In this document: positions 49,906 to 60,849 of the stretch, in pieces
How positions within the stretch are numbered: the stretch's first letter is position 1
Layout of the letters: every line of letters begins with the position of its first letter
Source: Rebecca billardiae RCC1528
Lineage: Eukaryota > Protista > Haptophyta
Length of the DNA: 64,000 bases
Direction: 5' to 3'
NCBI GenBank assembly: GCA_965240325.2
Contig: OZ251223.1
Location: 2,418,001-2,482,000, forward strand
The notes under the pieces: model-generated
The model's database searches: none
Told to the model about the DNA's origin: nothing
The model's input: the letters and a program-made list of their open reading frames with translations, nothing else
Translations under genes and position numbers: made by a program

Positions 49906-50047
49906 TGGTACCGCACGTCGTCAGCGGGCGCGGACTATAACGAGAGTAAGTAACGGCCGGGCGCTGTTGGTACCGCCCGTGGCGCCCGTCAGTCGTCAGT
50001 CAGCGGGCGGGCGTGGACTAACTCAAGTAACGGCCGGGCGGCGCTGT
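49906..50047. repeat. Diverged 2-copy tandem repeat
   Basis: TGGTACCGC...GTCAGCGGGCG..GGACTA...AAGTAACGGCCGGGCG..CTGT at 49906 and 49968. Confidence 0.7.
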
Positions 50048-50691
50048 AGCTTAACGGGCCGCACGTACTGTAGCCCGTGATCGACACATGGTCTGGGTCA
50101 TGGGCTCGCACGACCATGACTCATAGTCATGCTGATGAGTTCCGTTGCGGCCGACACCCACTGCCGAGTGACTGCGTCTGTCTCTGCTTGTATCAGCAGT
50201 GATGCCACTATCCGACTGGCGTCTACTTACTACTAGTTAGCATTTATTAGCATTTATAATCATCACTACAATATTATCACTCACTACATTGTACAATCAG
50301 CTAACTAGTGTGGGGGGTCAGTCGACACCTCGAGCCTCGGTGCATAAAAAGGTCCCTGCTGACGTGCTCCGGTCGCGAGCATGGCCCATCACGGCCCCGG
50401 CCGGGGCTATGCCAACTGTCGGTTGATTGACACTAGACTACGCCACTGGCACTCTACAGTACTGTACAGTACTTCTTTGAGTAGTAAGCTACTGCCACTG
50501 AGTCAAGGGGGCCGCCGTAGAGTGCTGGGCGTGACGATCCCCAAGCCGGCTGGGCGTGAACTCAGAATACTGCGCCCGCCCGCCCGAGCGTAGAGCGACC
50601 GTCTCGAGCGCGCGGGCCAGCCGCGTCGGCGCGAGCCTGCTTCATCGGCCTCGACGAGTCCGAGTCGCATCCGCCCAGCGGAGTCGGCGGC

Positions 50692-52066
50692 ATGTCAAGC
50701 AAGGTGAGTCGCACCACCGAGGCCTTGGCGTATCTGGGCTCATTTGGCGTCTACTTCGCGTTCGTCCGCCTCGTCCACGCCGCCAGGCTCGACCTGCGTC
50801 CCGACTCGCTGGGCGCCATCGCCCGCACACTCGTGGGCACTGATCGAGTGCCGCACTCGCGCAGTGATGACCTCAAGAAGGGAGAAAAGGGCCCGAAGGG
50901 CGGGGATGCGAAGAGCCAAGCAGATGATGCGCCGTTCGAAAAACGTGCGATGCGGCTGCTCATGTGCATCGTCGGCATCCAGGTCAGCTACCTCTGCTGG
51001 GGAGGTGCGCAGCGCGTGGAGCCCCGCGCGCCGTAGCCGCCTGGACCACCAGGCAGCTCAGCCTCCGCCCGCGGCTGACGCGCGCTCGCGTTCGCACGAT
51101 CGTCGTGTGTGCCACCCGTGGTCCCGCGCAGTGATGCAGGAGCGCATCATGACGCGGCCGTACGGCCCCGAAGCCGTGCGCTTCCAGTCGTCTCGCTTCC
51201 TCGTCTTCTCGAACCGGCTGGCTGCCTTCTTGCTGGCCGATCTCGTCGTCAAGTGGCAAGGCGGGGCGGTCGACTCGACGCCGCCTTTTCGGTTCTCACT
51301 GTGCGCCACCTCCAACATCCTCTCGTCGGTGTGCCAGTACGAGGCGCTCAAGTTTGTCTCCTTCCCGACGCAGGTGCTCGCCAAATCGTGCAAGATGCTC
51401 CCAGTGATGCTCATGGGGTACGTCGTGGGGCGGAAGCGGTATCCGCTGTCCGACTGGCTCGTCGCGGTCGTGGTTACGGCGGGCGTGGTTGTCTTCAAGC
51501 AGGCCGAGCTCGCCGACACCAGCCGAGCGCATGCGCGGCCGAGCGCGGGCGAGCTGTCGGGGGGCGAGGCGATCGGCTACAGCCTGATCGTCGGGTACAT
51601 TGGCTTCGACTCATTCACGTCCAACTGGCAGGGGGCGCTCTTCAAGGAGTACTCGGTGACGCCGCTGCAGATGATGCGCCAGGTGAACATGTTCTCTGTG
51701 CTATTCGCCGCGACGGGCTTGCTGCTCACCGCCGAGGCATTCGAGCTCCCGCGCTTCTTTGCCAGCCACCCCGACTGCGCGCTGCACGTTGCCATGATGT
51801 CCGTGTGCTCGGCGATTGGTCAGCTGTTCATCTTCTTCACGATCAAGCACTTCGGCGCGCTGGCCTTTGCGACCATCAATACGGTGCGCACCATGTTCTC
51901 GGTGGTGCTGTCCTTCTCCATCTTCGGCCACGCGATCAATGCCGCCGAGGCTGGAGGCATCGCGCTTGCCTTCTCTGCGCTTGCCGCACAGGTGGGCATC
52001 AAGTGGGCACGGCAGCTGCGCAAACGGCGCCCACCGCCAGCTGTGGCGTCGGGAGGGGGCAACTAA
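50692..52066 (+). CDS. SLC35B2: PAPS transporter 1 (UAA family nucleotide-sugar transporter)
   Basis: Intron 51005-51131 gives SYLCWGVMQERIMT; FLVFSNR, CQYEALKFVSFPTQVLAKSCKMLPVM, FDSFTSNWQ, GQLFIFFTIKHFG. Confidence 0.9.
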
Positions 52067-52791
52067 ACGACGACAGCTTACACCGTTAGCGGTGGCCCGA
52101 GCCACAGCAGCTGCAGCAGCCGACTCGGGCGACTGCACGACAGCAATATGTACGGCCCGACATTTATTTATTTATTTAATATATATATATATATACGACT
52201 GATAATAAATTTTACTGAACTTAACCAGACAGTCCGCCCACCTGGCCACCAACGCCGACTTCGTGTCGACGATCGGGCACTGCCGCCGACGAATCAGGAG
52301 ACCCGCGTCGTCCTACGATCATCCTACCGCCTGTGTCGTTAAATCATATAGAATGAGTCCGGACCTGCAGACCGGAGCAGTCAGTGAGCCGTCTACTATG
52401 TAAGGCTACGCCGTTACGCGTTGTCGCCTGCGCCTGCCGGGAGTGACACTTAGGAGTAATATATTTTAAAAAAATATGTCGTAGTATATATTAATTCATC
52501 ATATCAGTTCATGCAGACGTCTGTCAGACACGGTCGGATCGGCATGCAGTCGTCATAAGTAGTTATCAGACATATACTGCATAGAGTGTAGTCAGTAAGC
52601 TATCACCGCGCCAATAATCAAGGCCACTCCAGCGTTGATGACTTGAGTATGCTGGATCATCTAGTCGTACCGTATGCGGTATGCTGCCATAGTGCTTGAA
52701 GTTCCTGGAAACAAGCGCGCAAAGACAAGTCGCGATGTGCCAGCGCAGCCCGGGCGCGCACCAGTGATCAGACTCAGAGTACGATGGCAGC

Positions 52792-53427
52792 CTACTGCTC
52801 GCCATCCAGCGGTGCAACGGCAGTGATGAAGACAACAGCATAGTCACGATGCTCGCAGCCGTCGATCTTGGGCATGGGGCCACCAGGAGTGACGGGGAAG
52901 TCGTTGCCATTCGCGCTGCCGGGTGAAGCGCCCGGCCTGACCGGCTTGTACCGCGCCGCGCGGCAGGGTAGATGGGTTATATCAAACAGTGTGCCCTCCG
53001 CAAGCTCCCACTCCCCTGATGGACGCACTGTGAGAACGGTCGTCACTTCTCGGTCACCCGTGACCACGTATCGCCCGGGAGTGATGGGGAAGTCAGGCTT
53101 CTCCATGATCCGGCCATATTCCTCGATCCAGAAGTCAGCGGGGTCGAACTTCCAGCCTGCCCTCGCAACCCCGCCCTTCGCGTCAAGCGACGGCCAGTCT
53201 CGCAGCTGTACACCGCGGGGGCCTGGGTCGACACGCCAAATGCCCCACTCGTGCGCGTTCGTGCCCGATCGTGCCGACGGATCCCCAAGGGCTGCGATAA
53301 ATTGCGTCTGCACTCGCTTGAAGCCGCCCACGTTCCCCATGGCAGTCGAGATCGACAAGGCGAGGCTGAGGGCCACGGCAGCTGGCATCACCAGAGCGCG
53401 CCGCGGGAACTCGGATTGGAGATTCAT
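52792..53427 (-). CDS. Conserved hypothetical protein with signal peptide (start 53427 or 53388)
   Basis: Globular-looking intronless ORF: TQFIAALGDP.A.SG, WGIWRVDPGPRGV, GWKFD..DFWIEE.G.IME.P, THLPCR.ARY. Confidence 0.7.
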   Translation of the reverse strand: MNLQSEFPRRALVMPAAVALSLALSISTAMGNVGGFKRVQTQFIAALGDPSARSGTNAHEWGIWRVDPGPRGVQLRDWPSLDAKGGVARAGWKFDPADFWIEEYGRIMEKPDFPITPGRYVVTGDREVTTVLTVRPSGEWELAEGTLFDITHLPCRAARYKPVRPGASPGSANGNDFPVTPGGPMPKIDGCEHRDYAVVFITAVAPLDGEQ

Positions 53428-53490
53428 CACGACGACGATTCGACGAACTGCATATTATCGAGAGCAGCATGGCGGCTGCATGAGCTGATC

Positions 53491-54321
53491 ATGGCAGCTT
53501 GGTGGGACCTGCACCTTTGGCTTGCGTGCTGCGCGCTCGGAGTGCTCGTGGTACAAGCAGAGCCTCCAGTTGAGCTCTTCACATATGCACATCGGCGGGA
53601 AGATGGCCGCACATTGCTCGTCGACAACGAGGCAGCCGCTCGCCGCGCCGGGATGCCCGCACTCATCAGCATCCATGAACGTGCACTGCATTCACTTGGG
53701 CGCAGCGTGCGCATTGGCGAGGCACACACGCGCGGCTTGCTACACCGCGGGGTGTGGCTCTTCGTTCTCGACGGCCTCGGCCGCATTCTGCTTCTGAAGC
53801 GGACGGCCACTGTGGTCACCTGCCCGTCGGCTTGGGGCCTCGTCGGGGAGCACTGCGCGGTTGCGGAGCCCTGGGAGGCCACCGGACGCAGGGCACTCAC
53901 GGAGGAGCTGGGGTTGAGCGACACGATCGCCGATAGGATTCAAGTGCGACAACTCGGCGCGCCTCTCATCATCCGCACGGACTACGCCGTGGAGGGCGGC
54001 GCAGCGCGTGACCGTGTGCTTGGTAGGAAGGCCGACCTGCAGGTGACAGCTATCCTCGCTGCGACACTGCCGCGTGGGGCCGAGCACGGACTGAGGTTCG
54101 ACACCGACGTCGCAGATACTCGCTGGGTTCAGTCTGAGGACATCTTGCGTCTCGTCCGTCGGCACGATCATCCCGAGTCAAGGTCACACGATCGGGCGAG
54201 TGCGAGGACTGGGAACTCATCGATGGTGGCCTCTTCTGCCCTGGACGGAGCGCTGTGTAATCGTCTCTTAGCGCAGCTGATGGCGGTGGCACTCCAACGA
54301 CTTCGCCGAGAGGAGCGCTGA
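53491..54321 (+). CDS. Nudix-fold protein, type-1 IPP-isomerase-like, with signal peptide
   Basis: AHTRGLLHRGVWLFV, ILLLKR...VTCP.AW, GEH....E.....RRALTEELG. Confidence 0.8.
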   Translation: MAAWWDLHLWLACCALGVLVVQAEPPVELFTYAHRREDGRTLLVDNEAAARRAGMPALISIHERALHSLGRSVRIGEAHTRGLLHRGVWLFVLDGLGRILLLKRTATVVTCPSAWGLVGEHCAVAEPWEATGRRALTEELGLSDTIADRIQVRQLGAPLIIRTDYAVEGGAARDRVLGRKADLQVTAILAATLPRGAEHGLRFDTDVADTRWVQSEDILRLVRRHDHPESRSHDRASARTGNSSMVASSALDGALCNRLLAQLMAVALQRLRREER

Positions 54322-54998
54322 GTGGAAGGGCATGATGATGTGGAGCTTCACGAGGCCAGGTGAAGCCGGGTGCTGCTGGGTGGGTACTGTAGCCTACTAG
54401 ATGACGCCAGCGCGCCCGGAGCTGCGCGGCCCCGGGCCGTTGTCGTTGATTCTTCGAGTTGGCACGGTCCGCGGCGGCGGCGTGCCGAGTCAGATAGATC
54501 CTCTGTTCCGAAGCAATTATTCGATGATATGTATCTCGCTGCTACTCACAGCAGCGCTACGGCTGCTAGCGCAGCGTAGCCCGTTGACAAGCAGCGCGCG
54601 AACTACGACTGTAAGTGTTAGTGTAACTGCTAGGGCCTCGTCGTCAGGGCTCCGTAGGCTCGCGTTGACATTAGTGACTGGCGCCCGAATATATAGTTTC
54701 CGGCCTAAAGGCTAAATCCGGGGGCAGTATTCTTAACGCACCGCCGCGACGACTCGTCAGCTGAAGCTGACTATGATGATCACGAGACGACGCCTCGGAT
54801 AGATAGGATTACGAGACCGCGATGATGATCGAATAATGGTCAATATAATATAATCAGCAGCATCACTAATCATTAGCGCAAGCTACAGTAGTGAGTATAA
54901 ATGCTTACATTGATACTAGAGACAACAATGATCATGTCTCTCACAGTGTGACACTGTGAGTGAGTCACAGTGATGCCGCCGCCGGCATTACCATGGCC

Positions 54999-55748
54999 TC
55001 ATCCAGCATTGTTCAAGTCCTTCAGCTCCAGGCTGTCGACGACACCGCGGAGTGCATCGCGCTGCGCGTCCCACGACGCGCCAATCGGCGCATGTGCTGA
55101 GAGCACTACCATGTGGTTCGCAAAGTTCACGTCCTGTACATGAAGGGGAGTGGGGCACATGCGCCGCAGAAACCAGGGTGGGTATGGGAAGGGCGCGAAA
55201 GCGGGGTGGGGTGGGAGGGGGGGGCGGTGGCGCACCTTCTTGAGAGCGACGGCGGTAAATCCGCGGTCGGTGTCAGTCTGTGACTCGAAGATGAAGGCGT
55301 CCTGCTCGCCCATGCGCGCACGGCGTTGGGCGAGCACCTGACCGACAACGATGCGGTCGGCGGCTGCCTCGATACTTCCAAAGGCATCTACAGATGTGTA
55401 CTGCGGGCCAGGCGGGAGTGTCTGGGTGGTGAGCTCGACAGCAGCGCCATCCGGGCCGTTGAAAGTCACCGAGCCACCAAACGCCAGCCTCTCCGCGGCT
55501 TGTCCGAAGAGGCCGCCTGCAGTGCTCCGCGAAAACCCAGTGGGAGCTGCGAAGCTGAATCCAATCACGTCGTTTGCGAAGATGGACGGGCCACTCGCAG
55601 CCGCTCGCACAGGGCGTGCGCAGGTGAGAAACGCTGAGCTTGATGCGCACGCCGCTGCTGCCTGCCTCACGAACTCTCTCCGCGGGGCCTGAAGGCTCGG
55701 TGCCAACCCAGAGACTAGCAGCGTGGCCACCGCCGCCGCTGGCGCCAT
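54999..55748 (-). CDS. PsbP-domain thylakoid lumen protein
   Basis: Leader with twin-Arg (RRE) and AxA site; FSFAAP.GF, SVDAFGS, W......LRGVVDS; probable intron 55235-55134. Confidence 0.7.
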   Translation of the reverse strand: MAPAAAVATLLVSGLAPSLQAPRREFVRQAAAACASSSAFLTCARPVRAAASGPSIFANDVIGFSFAAPTGFSRSTAGGLFGQAAERLAFGGSVTFNGPDGAAVELTTQTLPPGPQYTSVDAFGSIEAAADRIVVGQVLAQRRARMGEQDAFIFESQTDTDRGFTAVALKKVRHRPPLPPHPAFAPFPYPPWFLRRMCPTPLHVQDVNFANHMVVLSAHAPIGASWDAQRDALRGVVDSLELKDLNNAG

Positions 55749-55860
55749 CGTGGAGTGCCAACCGGAATACTTGTCATGGTATAATAATACGATCGTACTC
55801 CGGGGACACGTCCGACGTCCCCCGGCCCGTCCTCTGCGATCGCGTGCAAGGCTGCCACGG

Positions 55861-56721
55861 ATGCCGCGTGGAAGAGGCCTTGCGGTGGACGTGTCCAGTC
55901 CGACACGCGCGGTCACGGCGTCCGCGGCGCCATCAGACAGCTCTCTGCCACTGGGCATCGTGGAGGATGGAGATGCGCCCAAGCAAGCTGGTCACGTGCG
56001 CTTCGTTTGCATCAGCGACACGCACGGGATGCATGGCAAAGTGCGCGTGCCCGCTGGCGACGTGCTTGTCCACTGTGGCGACTTCACGTCGACGGGGGAG
56101 CAGGGCCAGGTGGCCTCGCTCGAGGCGTGGCTCTCGAGCCTCCCGCACGAACACAAGGTCGTGATTGCCGGCAACCACGACGTCACGTTCCATCCAGAGC
56201 ACTACCAGGCCAACCACCAGCGCTACCATCGCCATCCGTACGACTGCGAGCAGGTGCGGCGTATCCTGACCGAGAGTGCCAGCGTCACGTACCTCGAGGA
56301 CTCGGCCGTGACGATCCACGGCCTCCGTGTGTACGGGTCTCCATGGCAACCCGAATTCTGCAACTGGGCCTTCAGCCTGAAACGCGGAGCTGAGTGCCAA
56401 GCGGTGTGGGCGGGAATCCCAGACGACACCGACATCCTCCTCACGCACGGCCCGCCGGCCGGGCACGGCGACACTTGCTGGGGTGGCGGTGCTCAGGTGG
56501 GCTGCGAGCACCTCATGCACCGGGTGCGACGTGTACGCCCCCGCTACCACATCTTTGGCCACGTGCACGAAGGCTACGGTGTGACACACGACGGCGCCAC
56601 CACATTCGTCAATGCGAGCACTTGCAACCTTCGGTACCAGCCAAATAACCCGCCAATCGTCTTCGACGTGCCGGTCCCATCGACGTTTGCCGGCGAGCTC
56701 ACAGCTGATGACGCGCCGTAG
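55861..56721 (+). CDS. Metallophosphoesterase, MPPED1/2-like
   Basis: ISDTH, HCGDF, IAGNHD, GSPWQPEF..WAF, THGPP, FGHVHE. Confidence 0.92.
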   Translation: MPRGRGLAVDVSSPTRAVTASAAPSDSSLPLGIVEDGDAPKQAGHVRFVCISDTHGMHGKVRVPAGDVLVHCGDFTSTGEQGQVASLEAWLSSLPHEHKVVIAGNHDVTFHPEHYQANHQRYHRHPYDCEQVRRILTESASVTYLEDSAVTIHGLRVYGSPWQPEFCNWAFSLKRGAECQAVWAGIPDDTDILLTHGPPAGHGDTCWGGGAQVGCEHLMHRVRRVRPRYHIFGHVHEGYGVTHDGATTFVNASTCNLRYQPNNPPIVFDVPVPSTFAGELTADDAP

Positions 56722-57471
56722 TAGCCGATGATATGATGAGTCTCAGAGTAGGCTACTGACATTCGGATCGATTATATTATTAGCTGACTAACTACTGCGC
56801 TAGCAGACTCTACTAAATAACTAATATTAATATAAGCGGCTACCTGAGCCGGGAATCCGCGTGAATTCCCGGCATGATAAGTCCGTAATGACGCTCGGGT
56901 CAGTCACTCTCGTGATCACGGTCTGAGCTCGTCGCCAGTCCGGCCGTCGCAGCAGTTATTAGTCGTCACAGAGTCAGGTAGCTACCGGCCTACCGCCTGA
57001 TCACCGCGCCCGGGTAAGCCTGGCGACCGCCACAGGCCGGTATAAGCTAGCTGGCTAGCATAAGTAGCAGCACTGTTTAGTGACTATGTAAGAACTGTAG
57101 CCCGGCGGAGCCCGCCTTCGTCCGCCTTATTCGACTAACGCTAATAACGTATATGCGCCGTCAAGTTTGATTCAGTCTGACGTAGTATTTTCAGATGCAT
57201 GTGGTCCGACGGTCTCTGCAGTTTGTAGCTACTACGACTAGCAGCTAGGTCAATAGTACGGAGAGTACCGCTTGTACTGTTAGATGCCGTTATGACATGC
57301 AGTGATGACCCGTCCGGGTAATCGCCGCGGCCCGCCGATCGGGGCTGCTCGATCGAGTGCCTGGCGGCCATCAGCAACGGGTCACATATCGCGCGCGTGT
57401 CATCCGGATGTGTGCTCAGACTGCTCTGCGCGGGAGGCATCAAATGCCGACGGGCCGTCGGACCGACCGAC

Positions 57472-58473
57472 TTAGACGATGTTGATGACACTCTTGCCCC
57501 GCGCTCCACCGGTGTCGAGCATCTGGAAGGCAGCCTGGCTTTGCTCCAGCTTGAAGCGCTGGTCGATCGTCGGCTTGAGGACGGCTCGGTCGGCCAGCTC
57601 CGCGAGGTGCTCAAGGTCGGCGCGGTTGATGCTGACTACGAACGGCTTCGAGCTCTGCCCCTTGCCCAGCACCCAGCTTGCCTGCAGCATCGACGTCATC
57701 ACAAAGTTGCCTCCGATCGGTACGTACGTGCCGGTGGGTGCGAGGGCGGGTTGCAGCTCCTTGATCGGCCTGTGCGCGGCCGTGTCGATGATGACGTCGT
57801 AGTGCGCCCCCGTTGTCACGAAGTCTGTGACCTTGTAGTCGATCACTGCATCCGCACCGAGCGCCTTCACCATGGGAACAGACTTGGTGGAGCACACGGC
57901 GGTGACGTGCGCGCCATAGTGCTTGGCCAGCTGGACTGCGTAGTGGCCAATGCCCCCGGCCGCGCCGTTGACGAGGACCTTGTGCCCGGAGCGGACAGCG
58001 CCGTGATCACGCACCGCCTGCAGCGCGGTCATGCCCGCGGCGGGGAGCGCTGCAGCCTCCTCGAAAGAGAGCTTCGTCGGCTTTGTGGTCAGCGTGTCCT
58101 CCTTCACGCACACAAACTCAGCGAAAGCACCGAAGCCGACGTCCGAGATGTCGCCAAACACCTCGTCACCAGCCTTGAGCCGACGTACGTCCGGGCCGAC
58201 CTGCTGCACTACCCCCGCGACATCCGCACCGGGGACAGGATACTTTGGCTTGGTGAGGCCAAATCCGAGCCGGATGACCGCGGGCTCACCCTTCATGAGG
58301 TGCCAGTCACCGCGATTGAGCGAGGCAGCGTGCACCTTGACGAGCACCTGGTCCGCCTTTGGGATGGGCTTGAGCACCTTCTCCACCTGCACGACGCTCG
58401 GCGGTCCGTAACGGCGAAAGGTTGCCGCCCTCATCTCGGTGTTCGAGTCGTTCGTGGCAGTCGGCGTCGGCAT
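57472..58473 (-). CDS. Zinc-independent MDR-family NAD(P)-dependent oxidoreductase
   Basis: YGPP.V, VKVHAASLN..DW, G.DVAG.V, GAFAEF, VLVNGAAGGIG..AVQLAK, LGAD.VIDY; intronless. Confidence 0.92.
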   Translation of the reverse strand: MPTPTATNDSNTEMRAATFRRYGPPSVVQVEKVLKPIPKADQVLVKVHAASLNRGDWHLMKGEPAVIRLGFGLTKPKYPVPGADVAGVVQQVGPDVRRLKAGDEVFGDISDVGFGAFAEFVCVKEDTLTTKPTKLSFEEAAALPAAGMTALQAVRDHGAVRSGHKVLVNGAAGGIGHYAVQLAKHYGAHVTAVCSTKSVPMVKALGADAVIDYKVTDFVTTGAHYDVIIDTAAHRPIKELQPALAPTGTYVPIGGNFVMTSMLQASWVLGKGQSSKPFVVSINRADLEHLAELADRAVLKPTIDQRFKLEQSQAAFQMLDTGGARGKSVINIV

Positions 58474-58830
58474 GCGGTCGCGGCGTGGACGTCCCCGGGA
58501 CCAAGCCGCTACTCTACCGTTGGCTTCAGGCGTAGTAAGTAAGCGGATTCCTCCGGAAGTTTCGCCTAATTTTATAGTAGAAACTTTATTTCGGCAACTG
58601 AAAACGATATATATTTTGGGCGCAACTTTCAGTTGCGCCCAATGCACAAAGACACCGCCACAAAACAGACCGGCGCAGGCAGGCGAGGGGCGCGTTGCCG
58701 CACAGTATGTATTCTTCATATCACCACAGACCCTAGCTTGCCAGTGCGGCCGGGCGGCCGGCCCAACCTTCAACCTGAAACGACCGTATCTTTGCACAGC
58801 TCCCGCCGCTCGCCATCGGAGGCGTCGAGA

Positions 58831-60738
58831 TCAGATCGCAAGACACAGCGCCACTTGCCCGGTGTCCAGCATCCTCGCTGGGTCGACGAGGTGCTCGACG
58901 ACCACTGCGGACGGCTCCGCTGCGGAGTAGACTCTGTAGATGTGATACGCGTCGCCCATCTTGCACGCGAGCTCCCACTCGCGGCGCGTGAGGTGGAAGA
59001 CGTTGCTCCGCGCGTGCCGTGTCGACTTGACCTCGACGTACGTGATCTTGCCCCCTCCCTCGATGAGCTCGAGGTCATACCCGAGTCCGGACTCCTCCCG
59101 CTCGTTCACCCAGTTCACGGTGGCACCCGGGCGCGTGAGCAGCAACAGCTGGTAGACGAGCGCCTCGCCCCAGCGCCCGACGGCGCGCAGCTGCTGCTCG
59201 CGCGCCGCACCGCCCGGCGCGGGCGGCGGGGCCAGCGGCAGGCATGCCTGCACGTCGGCGCACGGCACGCGCACTGGGCCTCCGCCGAGTGGGCGGGTCA
59301 CCGACACGCACGCGGACTCCAGGGCGCCGAGCAAGGAGGCGTCGGGGCCAAGCGCCGCGCGTCGGCTGCAAGTGCGCGGGCCCGGCGGCGTGTCGTCGCG
59401 TGGGCGCTTGCACGCACGGTCGTCATCGTCGCAGACTGCTCGGGCCTCGCCGTCGCGCTCCGCGCGCACGCCGTGTGCGCCGGGGCTCCCCGCCGGGGCC
59501 TGCCCACCGCCGGTGGCAGGCTTGCAAGGTCGGCTCTGCAGCGCATACGCCACGGCGACGTCGAGCAGTGCGCTCCCCTCCGCGTCGGACAGCGGCTGGG
59601 CAGGCGGCGGCGCGTCGCCAGCATCCGGAGCAGGATCTGCCGAGGGCATGGCCACTCGCAGTGCGGAGCGCGCCACGGCGCGCGCAGCCGCCGAGGGCCG
59701 CACATGGCCCGCCTCCTCGAGTGCGCGCGCGCAGCACTGGGCATAGTGGGCGATCATCGAGCGCGCGCACGGGCTCGACGCGGGCGCTGCGGCCGGCGTG
59801 TCGACGTCGGCGGTCATCTCGAGCGCCTGCTCTGCTGCGTCCGCGTCCTCCTCCTCGCCGACCTCCTCCTCGTCTTCCCCTCCATCCGCCTCTGCCGACG
59901 CGTCGCGCGAGCTGCGCCGTTGCCGGCCGCGGCGCGAGGGCCGGCGCGGCTGCTGCCGAGCGTGATGCTCGGCGTGGGTGAGGGCCGTGTTGAATGCCGC
60001 TGCGAGCAGCTGCTGCTCGCGACGCCACGCGTGGCTCGCCATGAGCAGCAACGGCCGCACCTCGCCCACAATCACGCCAAGCTCGCGCACGGCCGACACG
60101 CCGTGCCGTGCGCACAGGTGCGAGCAGAAGCCTTCCCGCTCGCGCGCGCCTGCGCGTGTCGAGCGCGCATACTCGCGGAGCTCGGCCAGCACCGCGGCTG
60201 CCGAGAGCGATGCGGCGGGTGGGCGCGTTGAATTGAGCTGCCACTTCAGCCGGACGAGCGGATGAGCGCACAGAGGGCCCAGCCCAAAGGCATCGAACGT
60301 GGGAGGGCCGGTGCACGCGCCGAGGGCATCCTGCTGGTCGTTTTCCAGGTCGATCTCAGCGGGATCACGGCGGTCGTCGCGTGGCGGCTGTCCGCACGCC
60401 CCCTCGTGCAGCGGCGACAGACCGAACGAGGCGAGCACGACGGGCAGCTCGTCCTCGAGGTCGCGCAGAGCCGCGATCGGCCGCGAGTCGACAAACGCCA
60501 GCACAAACCCGTCGACACAGCGCTGCATGTGCGCGAGCTGCACGAGGGCAGGCACGCTGTGCAGGTCGACATGATGCGCAAGCGGCCCTAACACGTGCAT
60601 CACCTCGCTCAGCACGGCCGCATGCGTCACGTAGTTGCCGGAGCCGGCGATGCGCAGCGCCCCGCGCAGCGCGAGCGCATTGGCGTCAGCCATGCTGGTC
60701 CGGGCGAGCAGCCAAGCGCGAACACCGGAGTTCTTCAT
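58831..60738 (-). CDS. Short NO VEIN-like protein: NOV N-terminal domain + DUF3883 (NOV_C) PD-(D/E)XK-type domain (start 60738 or 60693)
   Basis: VPAL.QL.....VDGFV.AF...R.I.ALRDLE, F..FGLGPL..HPLV, ELGV; C-terminal GRWGE.LVY, WVNE..ESGLGYD, YVEVKST, F.LT.REW. Confidence 0.8.
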   Translation of the reverse strand: MKNSGVRAWLLARTSMADANALALRGALRIAGSGNYVTHAAVLSEVMHVLGPLAHHVDLHSVPALVQLAHMQRCVDGFVLAFVDSRPIAALRDLEDELPVVLASFGLSPLHEGACGQPPRDDRRDPAEIDLENDQQDALGACTGPPTFDAFGLGPLCAHPLVRLKWQLNSTRPPAASLSAAAVLAELREYARSTRAGAREREGFCSHLCARHGVSAVRELGVIVGEVRPLLLMASHAWRREQQLLAAAFNTALTHAEHHARQQPRRPSRRGRQRRSSRDASAEADGGEDEEEVGEEEDADAAEQALEMTADVDTPAAAPASSPCARSMIAHYAQCCARALEEAGHVRPSAAARAVARSALRVAMPSADPAPDAGDAPPPAQPLSDAEGSALLDVAVAYALQSRPCKPATGGGQAPAGSPGAHGVRAERDGEARAVCDDDDRACKRPRDDTPPGPRTCSRRAALGPDASLLGALESACVSVTRPLGGGPVRVPCADVQACLPLAPPPAPGGAAREQQLRAVGRWGEALVYQLLLLTRPGATVNWVNEREESGLGYDLELIEGGGKITYVEVKSTRHARSNVFHLTRREWELACKMGDAYHIYRVYSAAEPSAVVVEHLVDPARMLDTGQVALCLAI

Positions 60739-60849
60739 GGAACCGCGCGCGGTCTCGTCTTTCACTGTTCGCTCCGCCCGGGCCGGTGGCGGCGCTTGAC
60801 TTTGTGCCCCGTCTCGTGGAGTCGGTGCATTGGGGGCGAAAGGGGAGCG

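Noticed and set aside
50131-50160. Hammerhead ribozyme (CTGATGAG...)
   Set aside because: The downstream core reads CGACAC, not CGAAAC, and I could not build stems I/III. The CTGATGAG near 2892 fails in the same way.
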